Of a stretch of 64,000 bases of DNA, positions 51,336 to 63,469 are shown in pieces (within the stretch, counting starts at the first letter, position 1; each line of letters starts with the position of its first letter). Below the pieces are notes generated by a model. It was not told where the DNA came from and ran no database searches. It worked only from the letters and a program-made list of their open reading frames with translations. A program made the translations under genes and the position numbers. The DNA is from Mobula hypostoma (lineage: Eukaryota): assembly GCF_963921235.1 (NCBI RefSeq), contig NC_086097.1, positions 35,032,001 through 35,096,000 of the forward strand, in the 5' to 3' direction.

Positions 51336-52549
51336 GTATGAACAAATGTATCCGAGCATTAATCGCATTAAGGATTACCATTACTAATGGCAGGACCTGA
51401 AGTCGTATTTATTACTTACTACAGTTGACATGATAATGGAAAACCTACCCTGAGAATAAACAATATGAAATTATGCCCATTGTTATACCCTCCCCAAAGA
51501 GGGGAATACTATACTAGAAATATCTAGTAGGTGTGTCAGCATCAGCAATGAATTAAGAAGGGTTAAAATACACTTATTTTTGGACTGAAGTGGAAACTGA
51601 GTAATAACTGGATAAAACAAGAAGCTAAAATAAGTACAATTTTAGCCATGTTCACAACTGCATCAGATAGATTGAGGTAATAGCTACACATTATTTACTT
51701 AAACAGATGGGAAATTATGCTCCAAGATTTTAAGAATGAAGTATTTTTGCAATGATTAACTTTAATTACCCAATTCAAAATTAAACAGCACAGGATAAAA
51801 AAATTAGTAACAGAAATATTTATCAGATCTATTGTACACTACGAACCGATCAAATAGAAAAGACTAAAAAAATCTGTAAATGAAATATGAGCTGGTGACT
51901 TCATTAGCAAATTTAACAGCAGGCACTAATTAATGTCTTGAACTGACATTGAAAACGCTCGGGACTCCGCAATACAAATGTACAGTGTCAGTCCCAAATA
52001 ATGGCAAACAAGTGACTAAGAATGGATCCTGTCCTGTTAAACTTGCTGATGTGCAGTTGCACAGCGCATGGCTGCGGTAGAAAAATGTGTTTTATAGCAA
52101 GTTCCTGGGTTGAAACTCGGGTGAGGAGGGAGGTGAAGAACCCATGCCGCGATTCAGTGACTGGGACAGTTTACAACTCAGGACTCACACCAGCAAGTTT
52201 CGGAGGGCTATTTCTTCCTTCTTGCTGCGGAAACTAGTGTTTCGCTTTACTGCATCCTCGGATTCTTTAACTCTGAGGTCACTTTTATTTACAGACAAAA
52301 AAAAGAGCTGCACCCATTTCCATCGGAGTAGCCTGGCGGTGCTCAGCACACAGTCGCGGCCGCCTCACGGCCCCTCGGAGCGAAGCCTGCACTCCTCTCG
52401 CCCGATCAGTCCACAACCACCCGCTCTCGCCAGGAGCTCAGACCCGGGAAGGGGAGGTCCCGGCCTAGAGAGTGGCAGCAGGCCGGGCCCTCCACAAACA
52501 GACCTGGGTCACCCCTGCAGCCTGGGTCTCCCGACCTGGCAGAAGCAGC

Positions 52550-52720
52550 TCCCCTCCCTCTCCCCTCTTCACTCCCTTTTCCCTTTCTCCAGTCATTCAC
52601 TCCCTTTCTTCATCCTTCCTCCACTCATTTCCTCCCTCCTTCACTCAATCAATCGTTCCCGTTCTCCTTCCTTCCTTCACTTACTCATTCCTTCCCTCCC
52701 TCACATTCATTTCCTTCCTT
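52550..52720. repeat. Polypyrimidine/polypurine low-complexity tract (TTCC/CTCCC-rich) at the start of intron 1
   Basis: Near-continuous C/T on the + strand immediately after the exon 1 donor. Confidence 0.8.
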
Positions 52721-52723
52721 CAC

Positions 52724-52913
52724 CTGCGTAGTGGTCGAAGACGGTGGGTACATACTCCTCGGGGAAGGCATCGTTGGCGTAACTCATGAGCAGGCAGGTC
52801 TTGCCCACCGCTCCGTCCCCGACCACCACGCACTTGAGCATGCCCCTCTGCTGTTGCTGCTGGTGGTGGTGGGGCGGCGGCGACCGCTGGGGCTCCTTGC
52901 CAGCCGCGGGCAT
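52724..52913 (-). CDS. RHOJ: RHOJ coding exon 1 ([63 protein letters not shown]+G)
   Basis: ATG at 52913 with A at -3; P-loop GDGAVGKT; switch I YVPTVFD; phase-1 donor G|GTGAAG. Confidence 0.95.
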
Positions 52914-53020
52914 CGTCGTCGGCGCCGGCGACCGCTGTCCCGGCCGGTGCCCCCGTCTGTCACTCACTCACTCCCTCGGATCCCGTCGCCTCTCTCCAAC
53001 CCACGCTCTCTCTCGAGCCT

Positions 53021-53152
53021 CAGGAAATGAGTTTCCCGGTAAATCCAAATTAGGAGATGTGCAAAGCAGCAGCTCATACAATGGGAGCTCTGTGTGTGTG
53101 TCACGGAACTGCGCCAGGAGCTTTAGTAAATCCCAAGAGCGTCTGTTTCCTT
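53021..53152. promoter_or_regulatory. Candidate RHOJ proximal regulatory cluster: ETS (CAGGAAAT 53021-53028), CArG (CCAAATTAGG 53045-53054), SOX-like (ACAATGG 53078-53084), further GGAA cores
   Basis: Motif matches 108-240 bp upstream of the ATG; function not shown. Confidence 0.5.
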
Positions 53153-54899
53153 GCAATGTTTTCTCCCCCCCCCCAATAATATAATACAAACTGCAAACGC
53201 AGCATTCAGTCCAGCCTCTTGTTTTTTTTTAAACACTAAAAATCTAAACCTTGGGAGCGACCTAAATTCAGCTTTTCTTCGCTGACGCCGGAATGCGGGG
53301 TTCGTTGCATTATTTAAAGTTAGTTCTGGTGTAATCTGATCGTTCGTGAGCACACCAGAGAGAGAGAGCAAATAAAGTCTAGAGTTTGGAAAGACTGCAG
53401 AGCAATTTGCAATTTTATAATTTAGATTCCCGTGAGATTATGGATAATACTTAATCAAGGGCATTTTTTGTTCTGATTCGATCAGAAAGATTAGTTTACA
53501 ATTTCTGAATTGGAGCGCGAAAAGTTATGCCAACTTTTGTTAACATTATTGTTAATGTGCTCGTTAGGACATCAAACTGTTCGTTATAAATAGACAGCAA
53601 TGGACATCAGATACTCGCGTGGACCTTATAATCTCCAAATATCAAGCATTATAGTTAGAAAATAATACATTTTAAACTTCTGTTAATAAATAGAATAGAG
53701 AGCATTGCATTTTTAGGTACAGAATACTGTACATCCCGGAACATTAATTATCAATGGAATTTCTATATATCGATACGTATTGCAGATGGGTAGAAACAGT
53801 AATCAGAACGTACACCAAATCTGTGGTGTAAATCTTCTATTTTAGATTAATTTTTAGGCCGTGAAATGCATGAGATTCACTCTCGTTACCCCACAGTACA
53901 TTATTAAATCATTTTAAAAAACGAATTCTTTATTCAACTTCCAAGCTGCCATCTCTGAGACACTTCGCTGTCTGATCTGATGCCTAGGTCGTTAGATTTA
54001 ATCTCTTCCAGTTAAAAAAAATACCTTGCCATTGTCCAGTGTCTGTTTTCCGGACTGATGTTTCCTGTGATACTATATTCACTGGCAGTGGAACTTTCCT
54101 TGATGTGTAAATATTTACCCTGAGTTTAAATCAAACTACTGTCCTTAAAAGTTGTAGATAATTAATTACCCTTCTTCCTGCCCGAAGAACTACGGCAGAG
54201 AGTGTGGAAATTATTTATGTATTTGAATGGTTTATATAAGCTCCTCTATCTTGTATAGATCCTAGAATGTATTTAGGTGCCAATATGAAGTTTAGCTTGG
54301 CCAAACTTCAGCTTTTTTGTCTTTGTAATATTTGATGTTCTGTTGGTGGTTTTTCATTTAAGGATCTTTAAATCACTAAAGGAATTTCAGCCAAAGTTTG
54401 TGAATGGAGGAGGCTCCTTCCCACCTGTGTTATAATTAATGTATATACATTGGGTACCTTCTAGGTTACACAATTAACTGCACTCTTTTCAATGTTGTGA
54501 TCACTGGCAAGTCCAATACTTAATTACCACCCCTAATTCCTCTTGAACTGGGTGATTCACTGGACAATTTCAGAGTACCCTTAATATGGAGATTCAGAGT
54601 GGATAGACCAGGTAAGAAAGATAGACTTCTTCTAAAGAACTTTAGATTTTAAACAAAAATTCAGCCGCATATAGTTATTATTACTTTTATTAGTCTTACA
54701 ATCCAAAATTTATTTGATAAGGTAAGGTAAATTTAAATTCCAGAATTGAATGATGGAATTTGAGTCCATGGCTCTATCTCATTGGATTGCTCGTCCACTA
54801 ACAAAACCAGAATGGCACTGAACTTTTCACTGAAATTTGCAGTTTTTTTGAAATTATGTTTTCAGGGAGTTTGTATTGCAAAAGAAATGGATGAAAGAG

Positions 54900-55390
54900 T
54901 TGGCATATTATCTTATACTGGTTTGTAGTGGAACGGGTGTGGAGGAAATTCACCAGGATGTTCTTGGAGTTGGAGTATTTCAATTCTGAGGAGAGATTGA
55001 ACAGGCAAGATTTGTTTTTGCTGGAGTGGAGGAGGCTCAAAGGGGACAAGATTAAGGAATACAAAGTTATGATGAGCGTAGATAAGGTGGATAATGAGAA
55101 ACATTTCCTCTTATCAAGAGGCCTAGATTTAAGCTAGGGGGAAAGAGAATCAGGGAGGATTTGAGGAATAATACTTTCACCAAGAGGATAGCTGAAATCT
55201 GGGATGCAGTTAGAGTGGCGGAGGTAGGTACCACCCTTATATCATGTTATAAGGGTGAGCACTTGAAGCAGCATGGCATAGAAGGCAATGGACAGAGATG
55301 CTGGAAAATGGTTTGAGTATAAGAAGTACTTGATGCCAGCAGGGACATGGCGAGCCAAAGAGATGGTTTCTCGGCTGTATGAGACTATGA
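54900..55390 (+). mobile_element. Old CR1 3' fragment
   Basis: ERVWRKFTRM..LEWRRLKGD. Confidence 0.7.
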
Positions 55391-55879
55391 TACAACTGTT
55401 GTGGAGACCTGCGACATGAAATTATAGAGAAATTCTTTCTCTTTCTGGTCATGTAATAAAAATTCTCAGATTAAAAAAAATACAAAATATTATTTCATTC
55501 AAGGGGATGGAGAACAAGGTTGCTAACATCAACATTTTTTAAGTATGTGAACTCCTTGAGGAACATTTATTCCAAAAAAATAGGAAAGGTATTATCAATT
55601 CTGTTTCTGAAATTGTTGACCCAATGAAAGCATAATGTAACAACGCAATACCTTCCAGGTGGCAGTAATCCAACAGATTACTGGAAAGGAAAATCATCCC
55701 TCAAAAACATAGTGGCAATGTCTCTGATAAGAGAATTGTTCTTCCTAGTGTAATATATTGTAATGTTTGCATTTGCAAATAGCATGCTGGGGAAATAAAA
55801 GCACGGTGAATGTCTTTGCATAATATTTATATGCATTCATATATTTATAGAAAAAGGGCTATTCAGAATATTTTAATAT

Positions 55880-56270
55880 GAATATCAAACATGAAAGACC
55901 CAGGATATGCTACTCTCTATTCTGAGAGTGACAAGAAAAAGCAGGTAGAGGAAAACAGTCAAGGATGTGCTCAAAGCATCTCTGAAAAAAAAAAGCAACT
56001 TCCTCACTGACTCCTGAGAAACTCTGGTTCATGCACACTCAAAGTATAGAAGGTATACTTAGGAGGTATTGACAGCCTTGCGTCTGAGCATTGGGAGGAT
56101 ATGGAAGTCCTGCATAAATAGAGGAAGGATCACTCCGCCTGACACACCAGTCCCCTGCTTGCCCTGTGAGGTATATTGGCCTCACCACTCACCTCAGAAT
56201 CCAGCAGTGGAAGCAAGTTGACCTCAGTCCCGAGGGACTGGTTAAGAAGACACTGGACACTGTACAGGCC
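55880..56270 (+). mobile_element. RTE-like LINE 3' relic
   Basis: KDVLKASLKK..TDS*ETLVH, typical of an RTE C-terminus; (AAG)-type tail. Confidence 0.5.
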
Positions 56271-56627
56271 AAGCACTGAAAGTTTAGTTAGTATAGATGG
56301 GTACACGATGGTCAGCACGGACGTGTTGGGCTGAAAAGCCTGTTTCTGTGCTGAGTGAATCTATGACTAAGTCAGTGAACTTCATGCTTTGAACACTACT
56401 TGTTTTGAAAATGGTTTCTTGGATGGTCTCCCATCCATACTTCTGTCATTTTGAAATCAATTGTGTTTTCACTGCTTCTTATTTTAAATCTTAAAGTTTG
56501 TATTCTAACCAAGAGCAGTGAATATGTTTTTAAAGCCCCAAAGTTAAAGACATTTTCAGGGCGATTAGATATATAACTAGGAAATGCTGGAAATACTCAG
56601 CAGGTCAAGCCACATCTGTACAGAGAC

Positions 56628-59600
56628 TTGAAACATAGAAAACCTACAGCACAATACAGGCCCTTCGGCCCACAATGCTGTGCCGAACATGCACTTACTT
56701 TAGAAATTACCACAGGTTACCCATTGCCCTCTGTTTTTCTAAGTTCCATGTACCTGTCCAGGATTCTCTTAAAAGATCCTATCGTATCCGCCTCCACCAC
56801 CACTGCTAGCAGCCCGTTCCACGCACTCACCACTCTGTAAAAAGCTTACCCCTGACATCTCCTCTGAACCTAATTCCAAGCACCTTAAAACTGTGCCCTC
56901 TCGTGCTAGCCATTTCAGCCCTGGGAAAAAGCCTCTGACTATGCACACCATCAATGCGTCTCATCATCTTATACACCTCTATCAGGTCACTTCTTATCTT
57001 CTGTTGCTCCAAGGAGAAAAGGCCGAGTTCACTCAACCTGTCTTCATAAGGCGTGCTCCCCAATCCAGACAACATCCTTGTAAATCTCCTGTGCACCCTT
57101 TCTATAGTTTCCACATCCTTCCTATAGTGAGGAGATCAGAACTGAGCATAATACTCCAAGTGGGAGTCATATATAGCTGTAACATTACGTCTCGGCTCTT
57201 AAACTCAATCCACGGTTGATGAAGGCCAATGCACCACATGCTTTCTTAACCACACAGCCAACCTGCGCAGCAGCTTTGAGTGTCCTATGAACTCAGACCC
57301 CAAGATCCCTCTGATCCTCCACACTACTAAGAGTCTTACCACTAATACTATATTCTGCCATCATATTTGACCTACCAAAATGAACCACCTCACACTTATC
57401 TGGGTTGAACTCCATCTGCCACTTCTCAGCCCAGTTTTGCATCCTATCAATGTCCTGCTGTAACCTCTGACAGCCCTCCACACTATCCACAACACTCCCA
57501 AGCTTCGTGTCATCAGCAAATTCACTAACTCATCCCTCCACTTCCTCATTCAGGTCATTTATAAAAATCACAAACAGTAGAGGTCCCAGAACAGATCCCT
57601 GAGGCACACCACCAGTCACCGACCTCCATGCAGAATATGACCCGTCTACAACCACTCTTTGCCTTCTGTGGGCAAGCCAATTCTGGATCCACAAAGCAAT
57701 GTCCCCTTGGATCCCATGCCTCCTTACTTTCTCAGTAAGCCTTGTATGGGGTACCTTATCAGATGCTTGCTGAAATCCATATACACTACATCTACTGCTC
57801 TTCCTTCACCAACGTGTTTAGTCATATCCTCAAAAATTCAATCGGGCCTGTAAGGCACAACCTGCCTTTGACAAAGCCATGCTGACTATTCCTAATCATA
57901 TTATGCCTCTCCAAATGTTCATAAATCCTACCTCTCAGTATCATTTTCATAACTTAACAACCACTGAAGTAAGACTCACTGGTCTATAATTTCCTGGACT
58001 TTCTCTACTCCTTTTCTTGAATAAGAGAACAACATCCGCAACCCTCCAATCCTCCTGAACCTCTCCCGTCCCCATTGATAATGCAAGGATCATTGCCAGA
58101 GGATCAACAATCTCCTCCCTCGCCTCCCACAATAGCTCGGGGTACATCTCATCCGGTCCGGAGACTTATCCAACTTGATGCTTTCCAAAAGCTCCAGCAC
58201 GTCCTCTTTCTTAATGTCTATATGCTCAAACTTTCAATCTGCTGTAATTCATCTCTACAATCGCCAAGAGCCTTTCCTGTAGTGAATACTGAAGCAAAGT
58301 ATTCATTAAGTACCTCAGCTATCTCCTCCGGTTCCATACACATTTTTCCACTATCACACTTGATTGGTCCTGTTCTCTCACATCTTATCCTCTTGCTCTT
58401 CACATACTTGTAAAATGCCTTGGGGTGTTCTTTACTCTTGCTCGCCAAGGCCTTCTCATGGCCCATTCTGGCTCTCCTAATTTCATTCTTAAGCTCCTTC
58501 CTGCTAGCCTTAAAATCTTCTAAATCTCTATAATTAGCTTTTTTTTTGAACCTTTCATAAGCTTTTCTTTTCTTCTTGACTAGATTTTCAATAGCCTTTG
58601 TACACCATGGTTCCTGTACCCTACCATCCTTTCCCTGTCTCCCTGGAATGTACCTATGTAGAATGCCACGCAAATATCCCCTGAATATTTGCCACATTTC
58701 TCCTGTACATTTCCTGAGAACATTTGATCCCAATTTGTGCTTCCGAGTTCCTGCCTGATAGCTTCATGTTTTCCCTTACTCCAACTGAACACTTCCTTAA
58801 CTAGTCTGTTCCTATTCCTCTCCAATGCTATGGTAAAGGGGATAGAATTGTGATCACTATCTCCAAAATGCTCTCCCGCTGAGAGACCTGACACCTGACC
58901 AAGTTCATTTCCCAATACCAGATCAAGTGCAGCTTCTCCTCTTGTAGGCTAATCTACATATTGTGTCAGGAAACCTTCCTGAACACGCCTTAGCAAACCT
59001 CCCCCTTGGATTCAAGTGAAACCCATCCTTTTTGTACAGGTCACACCTGCCCCAAAAGAGGTCCCAATGATCCAGAAATCTGAATCTCTGCCCCCTGCTT
59101 CAATCCCTCAGCCACGCATTTATTCTCCACCTCATTCCATTCCTATGCTCACTGTCATGTGGCACAGGCAGCAATCCCGGGATTACTACCTTTGAGGTCC
59201 TGCTTCTCAGCTTCCTTCCTAACTCCCTGTAGTCTGTTTTCAGGACCTCCTCCCTTATCCTACCTATGTCGTTGGTACCAATATGTACCATGACCTCTGA
59301 CTGTTCACCTTCCCACTTCAGGATATCGTGGACGCAATCAGAAACATCCCCGTTCCTGGGAGGCAAACTACCATCCGTGTTTCTTTCCTGCCTCCACAGA
59401 ATCACCTGTCTGACCCCCTAACTATCGAGTCTCCTATCACTGCTGCCTTCTTCCTTTCCCTACCCTTCTGAGCCACAGGGCCAGACTCTGTGCCAGAGGT
59501 GCGGCCACTGTTGCTTCCCCCGGGTAAGTTGACCCCCACCCCACGACAGTACTCAAACAGGTGTACTTATTGTTAAGGGGGACAGCCACAGGGGTACTCT

Positions 59601-60180
59601 CTAGTGCTGGACTCCTGCCCTTCCCTCTCCTGCCTGTTACCCATTTATCTGTCTCCTGAGGCTCCGGTGTGACTACTTGCCTATACTACTTGCCTTTCCC
59701 TGACCAGACGAAGGTCATCGAGCTGCAGGTCCAGTTCCCTAACCCAGTCCCTAAGGAGCTGCAGCTCGACACACCTGGTGCAGATCTGGTCATCCGGGAG
59801 ACTGGGAGTCTCCTAGACGTCCCACATCTGACACCCAGTGGAGACCACCGGCCTCACAGACATGTTTCTGTTCCTCACAGGTAAATTACCTCGCCTCAAC
59901 CCATTATCGCCGAAGCCCAAATGAGCCAAAGCCCTACCACTCTGCCTCAAATCACTCCATCGATAACCGTTCCTTTGATGACCGCTCCGCTAGGAAGTGT
60001 CTCCCTTTTATGCCTGAACCTTCCCTGCTATTTAACTCATGATTGCTCCGGTTATAGCCGCTGATAGGCCACGTACAATGGACTAACGCTCACAAAGCTC
60101 CCTTTTTAAATAAGCGCCGTCGACCTGTGAGAAATCCCTCTTGGTAAAACTCTGTTGACGCTGCTGATAGGCCATGTACA
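56628..60180 (-). mobile_element. CR1-clade LINE with 5' UTR, ORF1 (Cys/Leu-zipper + SGNH-like esterase), internal deletion, partial EN, RT and 3' tail
   Basis: ORF1 from ATG ~59863 (C..C, ELQLLRD, VHIGTNDIG); GDSDHN; GNYRPVSLTS; KFADD; WQMEFNPDKC. Inserted in an old Penelope-derived palindrome. Confidence 0.88.
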
Positions 60181-61229
60181 AAATACCCTTTTCCTCTCTC
60201 TACAGATGCCGCCTAACCAGCTAAATATTTTCAAAGTTTTTATTTTTGATTTAAGGTTTCTGGCATCTAGTGTTTGTTGCTTTACAGTTAGATTATTTTT
60301 ATATTAAAAGATTTGAGAAGGTTCTTCAAAAATTTGGTAATCTGGGTATTATGAGGCAATTTCCTTCAACAGGAGAGTCTCTTGTTTGAATTGGGATGAA
60401 GAGAAATTTCTTTCCTTCGAGAAGGTTCTAAACCCTAAATTCTTTACCAAGGAATGAAAGGCAGGGAAATCAAGCAATCGGGGCGTTTTGGATGTAAACT
60501 TGTGGCTCAGTAAAGATATTGAATGGCAATACACTCTAGCAGGCTTGAGTGGTCTACAGCTGTTTCTGATTCTGACATTCATATGTAATAGAAGACAGTG
60601 CATATTAAAACCATGCAATGTACAAGATGAAGTCACACCTCACCATTGAGCCATCAGATGGTTCAAAAAGCAGAACCTAGTAAAATAGTTTTAATATAAT
60701 CTTAAAAAACTACTAGCAATAGTTCTCACTGTACAACATAATTTTACTGATTGGCTATGAATTCTGACCATTGTAAACTGGATAAAAGGCAAAAAGATCA
60801 AACTGATTACATTATTCTCCCTTGTTTAATCTACGTAAATACTGCTATTCTACATCAATAACTCGTGTTGAACATAGCTGGCATCAATTTTCTTTAGCAC
60901 AACAGTCATCAGGTACTGGAATATACAGTACACCTACTATGTGGATGTTTTCTTCAAATAAGATAGAATCTACACTGATATACAAAGATTTAGAATAGAA
61001 ATAATGATTTAGGTATATGAAGATTTATTTTTCAAAAGTTCTTATGTTCTTAAATATGTCAATCTTTTGACAGCAATAGCAAGAGTATGATAGCTATTAT
61101 GTGTTCTCCCTCATTTCCTGGGAAACAATAAATTATTGTACACACAGTTTACTGTCTACTCTGCTGCCACCTTAGGTTATACTAACACATTTTACTGCCA
61201 CAATTAAAAATGGAACAATATATTTAGTA

Positions 61230-62093
61230 CACTCAGTGGCCACTTTATTAGGTATGCCTGAACACCAGCCTGTTAACGCAGATTTGAACAAGTTTATAGA
61301 CCATTTGAAGAAGCCACTGGATAACTAGCCCAGTAGTTTATGGTGTCAAGCTAATCATGGAATCCACTGCATATTTCATTAGTTCCTGTTTTCTTCAAAA
61401 TATCAGAGCTCTCTACTTTCAGGCAGCAGATTATGAACGTATAATTTTACTGCCTTGATTAGGGAATCCGATTCAAAATAAACTAGATTCCAAGATTCCT
61501 GAAATTCAAACCAAAAGACGAGTATATACATACACTCAGTGGCCACTTTATTAGGTTCAGCTGTACACCTGTCTGATAATGTAAATATTTAATCAGCCAG
61601 TCATGTGGCAGCAGCTCAATGCATAAAAGCATGGCCAAAACGTTCATTTGTTGTTCAGGCCAAACACCAGAATGGGGAAGAAATGTTATCTCAGTGACTT
61701 TGACGGTGCAATGATTGTTAGTGCTAGATGGGGTGGTTTGAGTATCTCAGAATTGTTGAGTTCCTAAGATTTTCACACACAATATTTTCTAGAGTTTACA
61801 GAGAATTGAGTGAAGAACAAAACACTATTCAGTGAGCAGCAGTTCTGTGGGTAAAAATACCTCGTTAATGAGCGATTTCAGAGGAGAATTACCAGACCGG
61901 TTCAAGCTGACAGGAAGGCAACAGTAACTCAGGTGACCACATGTTACAACAGTGGTGTGCAGAAGAGCATCTCTGAATGCACAATACATTGAACCTTGAA
62001 GTGGATAGCCTATAGTAGCAGAAAACAATGAACATACACTCAGTGGCCACTTTAATAAGTACAGGAGGTACCTAATAAAATAATCACTGAGTG
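61230..62093 (+). mobile_element. Non-autonomous Tc1 derivative, same family, four TIR copies
   Basis: Forward TIRs at 61230, 61533 and 62037; reverse TIR ending at 62093. Confidence 0.85.
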
Positions 62094-62689
62094 ATTTTTT
62101 AAAACTTTTCACTCAGTTTACTTTTTAAAACCATGCCTTGGAAACAATGTCAGTTTATCTACACATTTATCATTGATTGAATTAGAGCACATTTAAGAAC
62201 ATCCAATTTCAGAAAATATTTATTTTTCTACACATGAAAGATAAACCAGTGATCCTTTGAATTAGTAAATTTTAATTACAGAATAATGCAGTAGAACTGT
62301 TGTTTGAACCATGTTCTCAACATAGAGGAAAAGAATGGTATGGAAATACCTCTATCATGATTCATTGAACAAGCTATGTAAGAAATTATTGATCCTTATT
62401 TCTACATGAAAAAGTTCAAAAATCTGGAGAGGAGAATCCTATGTTAAAATAATAACAATAATAAACATGAGTATGTATACCTAGTGAATTATTTGTTTTG
62501 TTTTCCATGTTCCAAAAATCATGTTATGTTATTTCTCAATCATTCAATTCATAGAATTGCCAACAATTCATTAGGTTGCTCAAGCACAGTGTTCATTCCC
62601 TATGATCAGCTTTCAGCTAATGACATTTTCCAATTAAACAATGGTACTGTTATCATGGTCTTCTGTCATTGATATTCTGACTGGTCACA

Positions 62690-63260
62690 GTTAATCTCAG
62701 ATCATAGATGAAACAGCTAAGGATAATAGGGTCTGGGGCAATGGACTTGAGGAGCTCCTGAGGTGAAGCTTTGGTTTTATGGATGATTGACCTCCAACAA
62801 CCTCAGGTGTCTTTTTTTTGTTTAAGGTGTAATGCCAGTGACTGGAGTGTTTACCACTGATGCCCAATGACATACTTCACTGGAGTTCCTTGGTGCCACA
62901 TTTGGTAAGATGCTCCCTTGATGTCAAGGGTGATCACCTGACCTCAGCTCTGGAATCCTGCTCTTCACCCTATATCTATACCAAGGCTGTTCTGAGGTTT
63001 CGCAAAACTTAAAAGGGGCATTGGTAAGCAGCTTACTATAATGTGAGTATTAACTTCTTCCATCACTTTGCTAATGATTGGAAGATACTTAAATATTGTA
63101 ATTGCCCTGTTTTAATGAATATGGCAGCTCTAGGCTATTTAGTTTACAACACCAGAAAGATGCCAATGCTGTAATTGTTCTGGAACAGCTTGCCTAAAGG
63201 CATGGCTAGTTCCAGAGTAGATGATTTCAGTGCTACAACACGGATCTCTCTGGTTTCTTC
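62690..63260 (-). mobile_element. Highly decayed LINE RT fragment (CR1/L2 group)
   Basis: Minus strand reads ..EVR.ITLDIKGAS...WHQG.., an LDIKAAFDRVWH-like RT motif. Confidence 0.55.
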
Positions 63261-63469
63261 ACATTTACTACATTGAATAATTTCTGCTCTTTTTATGATA
63301 TTATTGGCTGAAGACCATGAGATATAGGAAAAGAATTAGGCCAATCAGCAAATTGAATCTGCTCCAACATTCAATTATGGCTGTTCTGTGACAATTATAT
63401 CACATTACAGCATTGGTGGCATGAGTTACAGGGTAATAGAGGTGTGGTATAGTTAAAACCGAAAGCGAC

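Larger units (their letters stand above)
2979..52913 (-). other. RHOJ: RHOJ (TCL) gene, coding span; 5 coding exons, 218 aa
   Basis: Manually spliced exons (190+59+165+96+147=657 nt) give an uninterrupted Rho GTPase. Residues [46 protein letters not shown] and the C-terminal ...CCAII resemble RHOJ rather than RHOQ or CDC42 (from recalled sequences). All introns are GT-AG with consistent phases 1,0,0,0. Confidence 0.95.
52330..53020. promoter_or_regulatory. CpG/GC-rich island around RHOJ exon 1
   Basis: Visibly high GC and CpG density (e.g. CGCGGCCGCC, CGTCGTCGGCGCCGGCG) against an AT-rich, CpG-poor background. Confidence 0.75.

Noticed and set aside
2979..52913. Assignment as RHOQ (TC10) or CDC42
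   Set aside because: [24 protein letters not shown] and the IGAQCY/..II ending fit RHOJ better.
52707..52967. ORF-track start MSDRRG and end GEGRK for RHOJ exon 1
   Set aside because: The upstream start is a GTG, and the tail reads through the GT donor at 52723. The first ATG is at 52913.
52144..53184. Long + strand ORFs over the CpG island
   Set aside because: By-products of GC-rich and low-complexity sequence antisense to exon 1; no recognisable domain.
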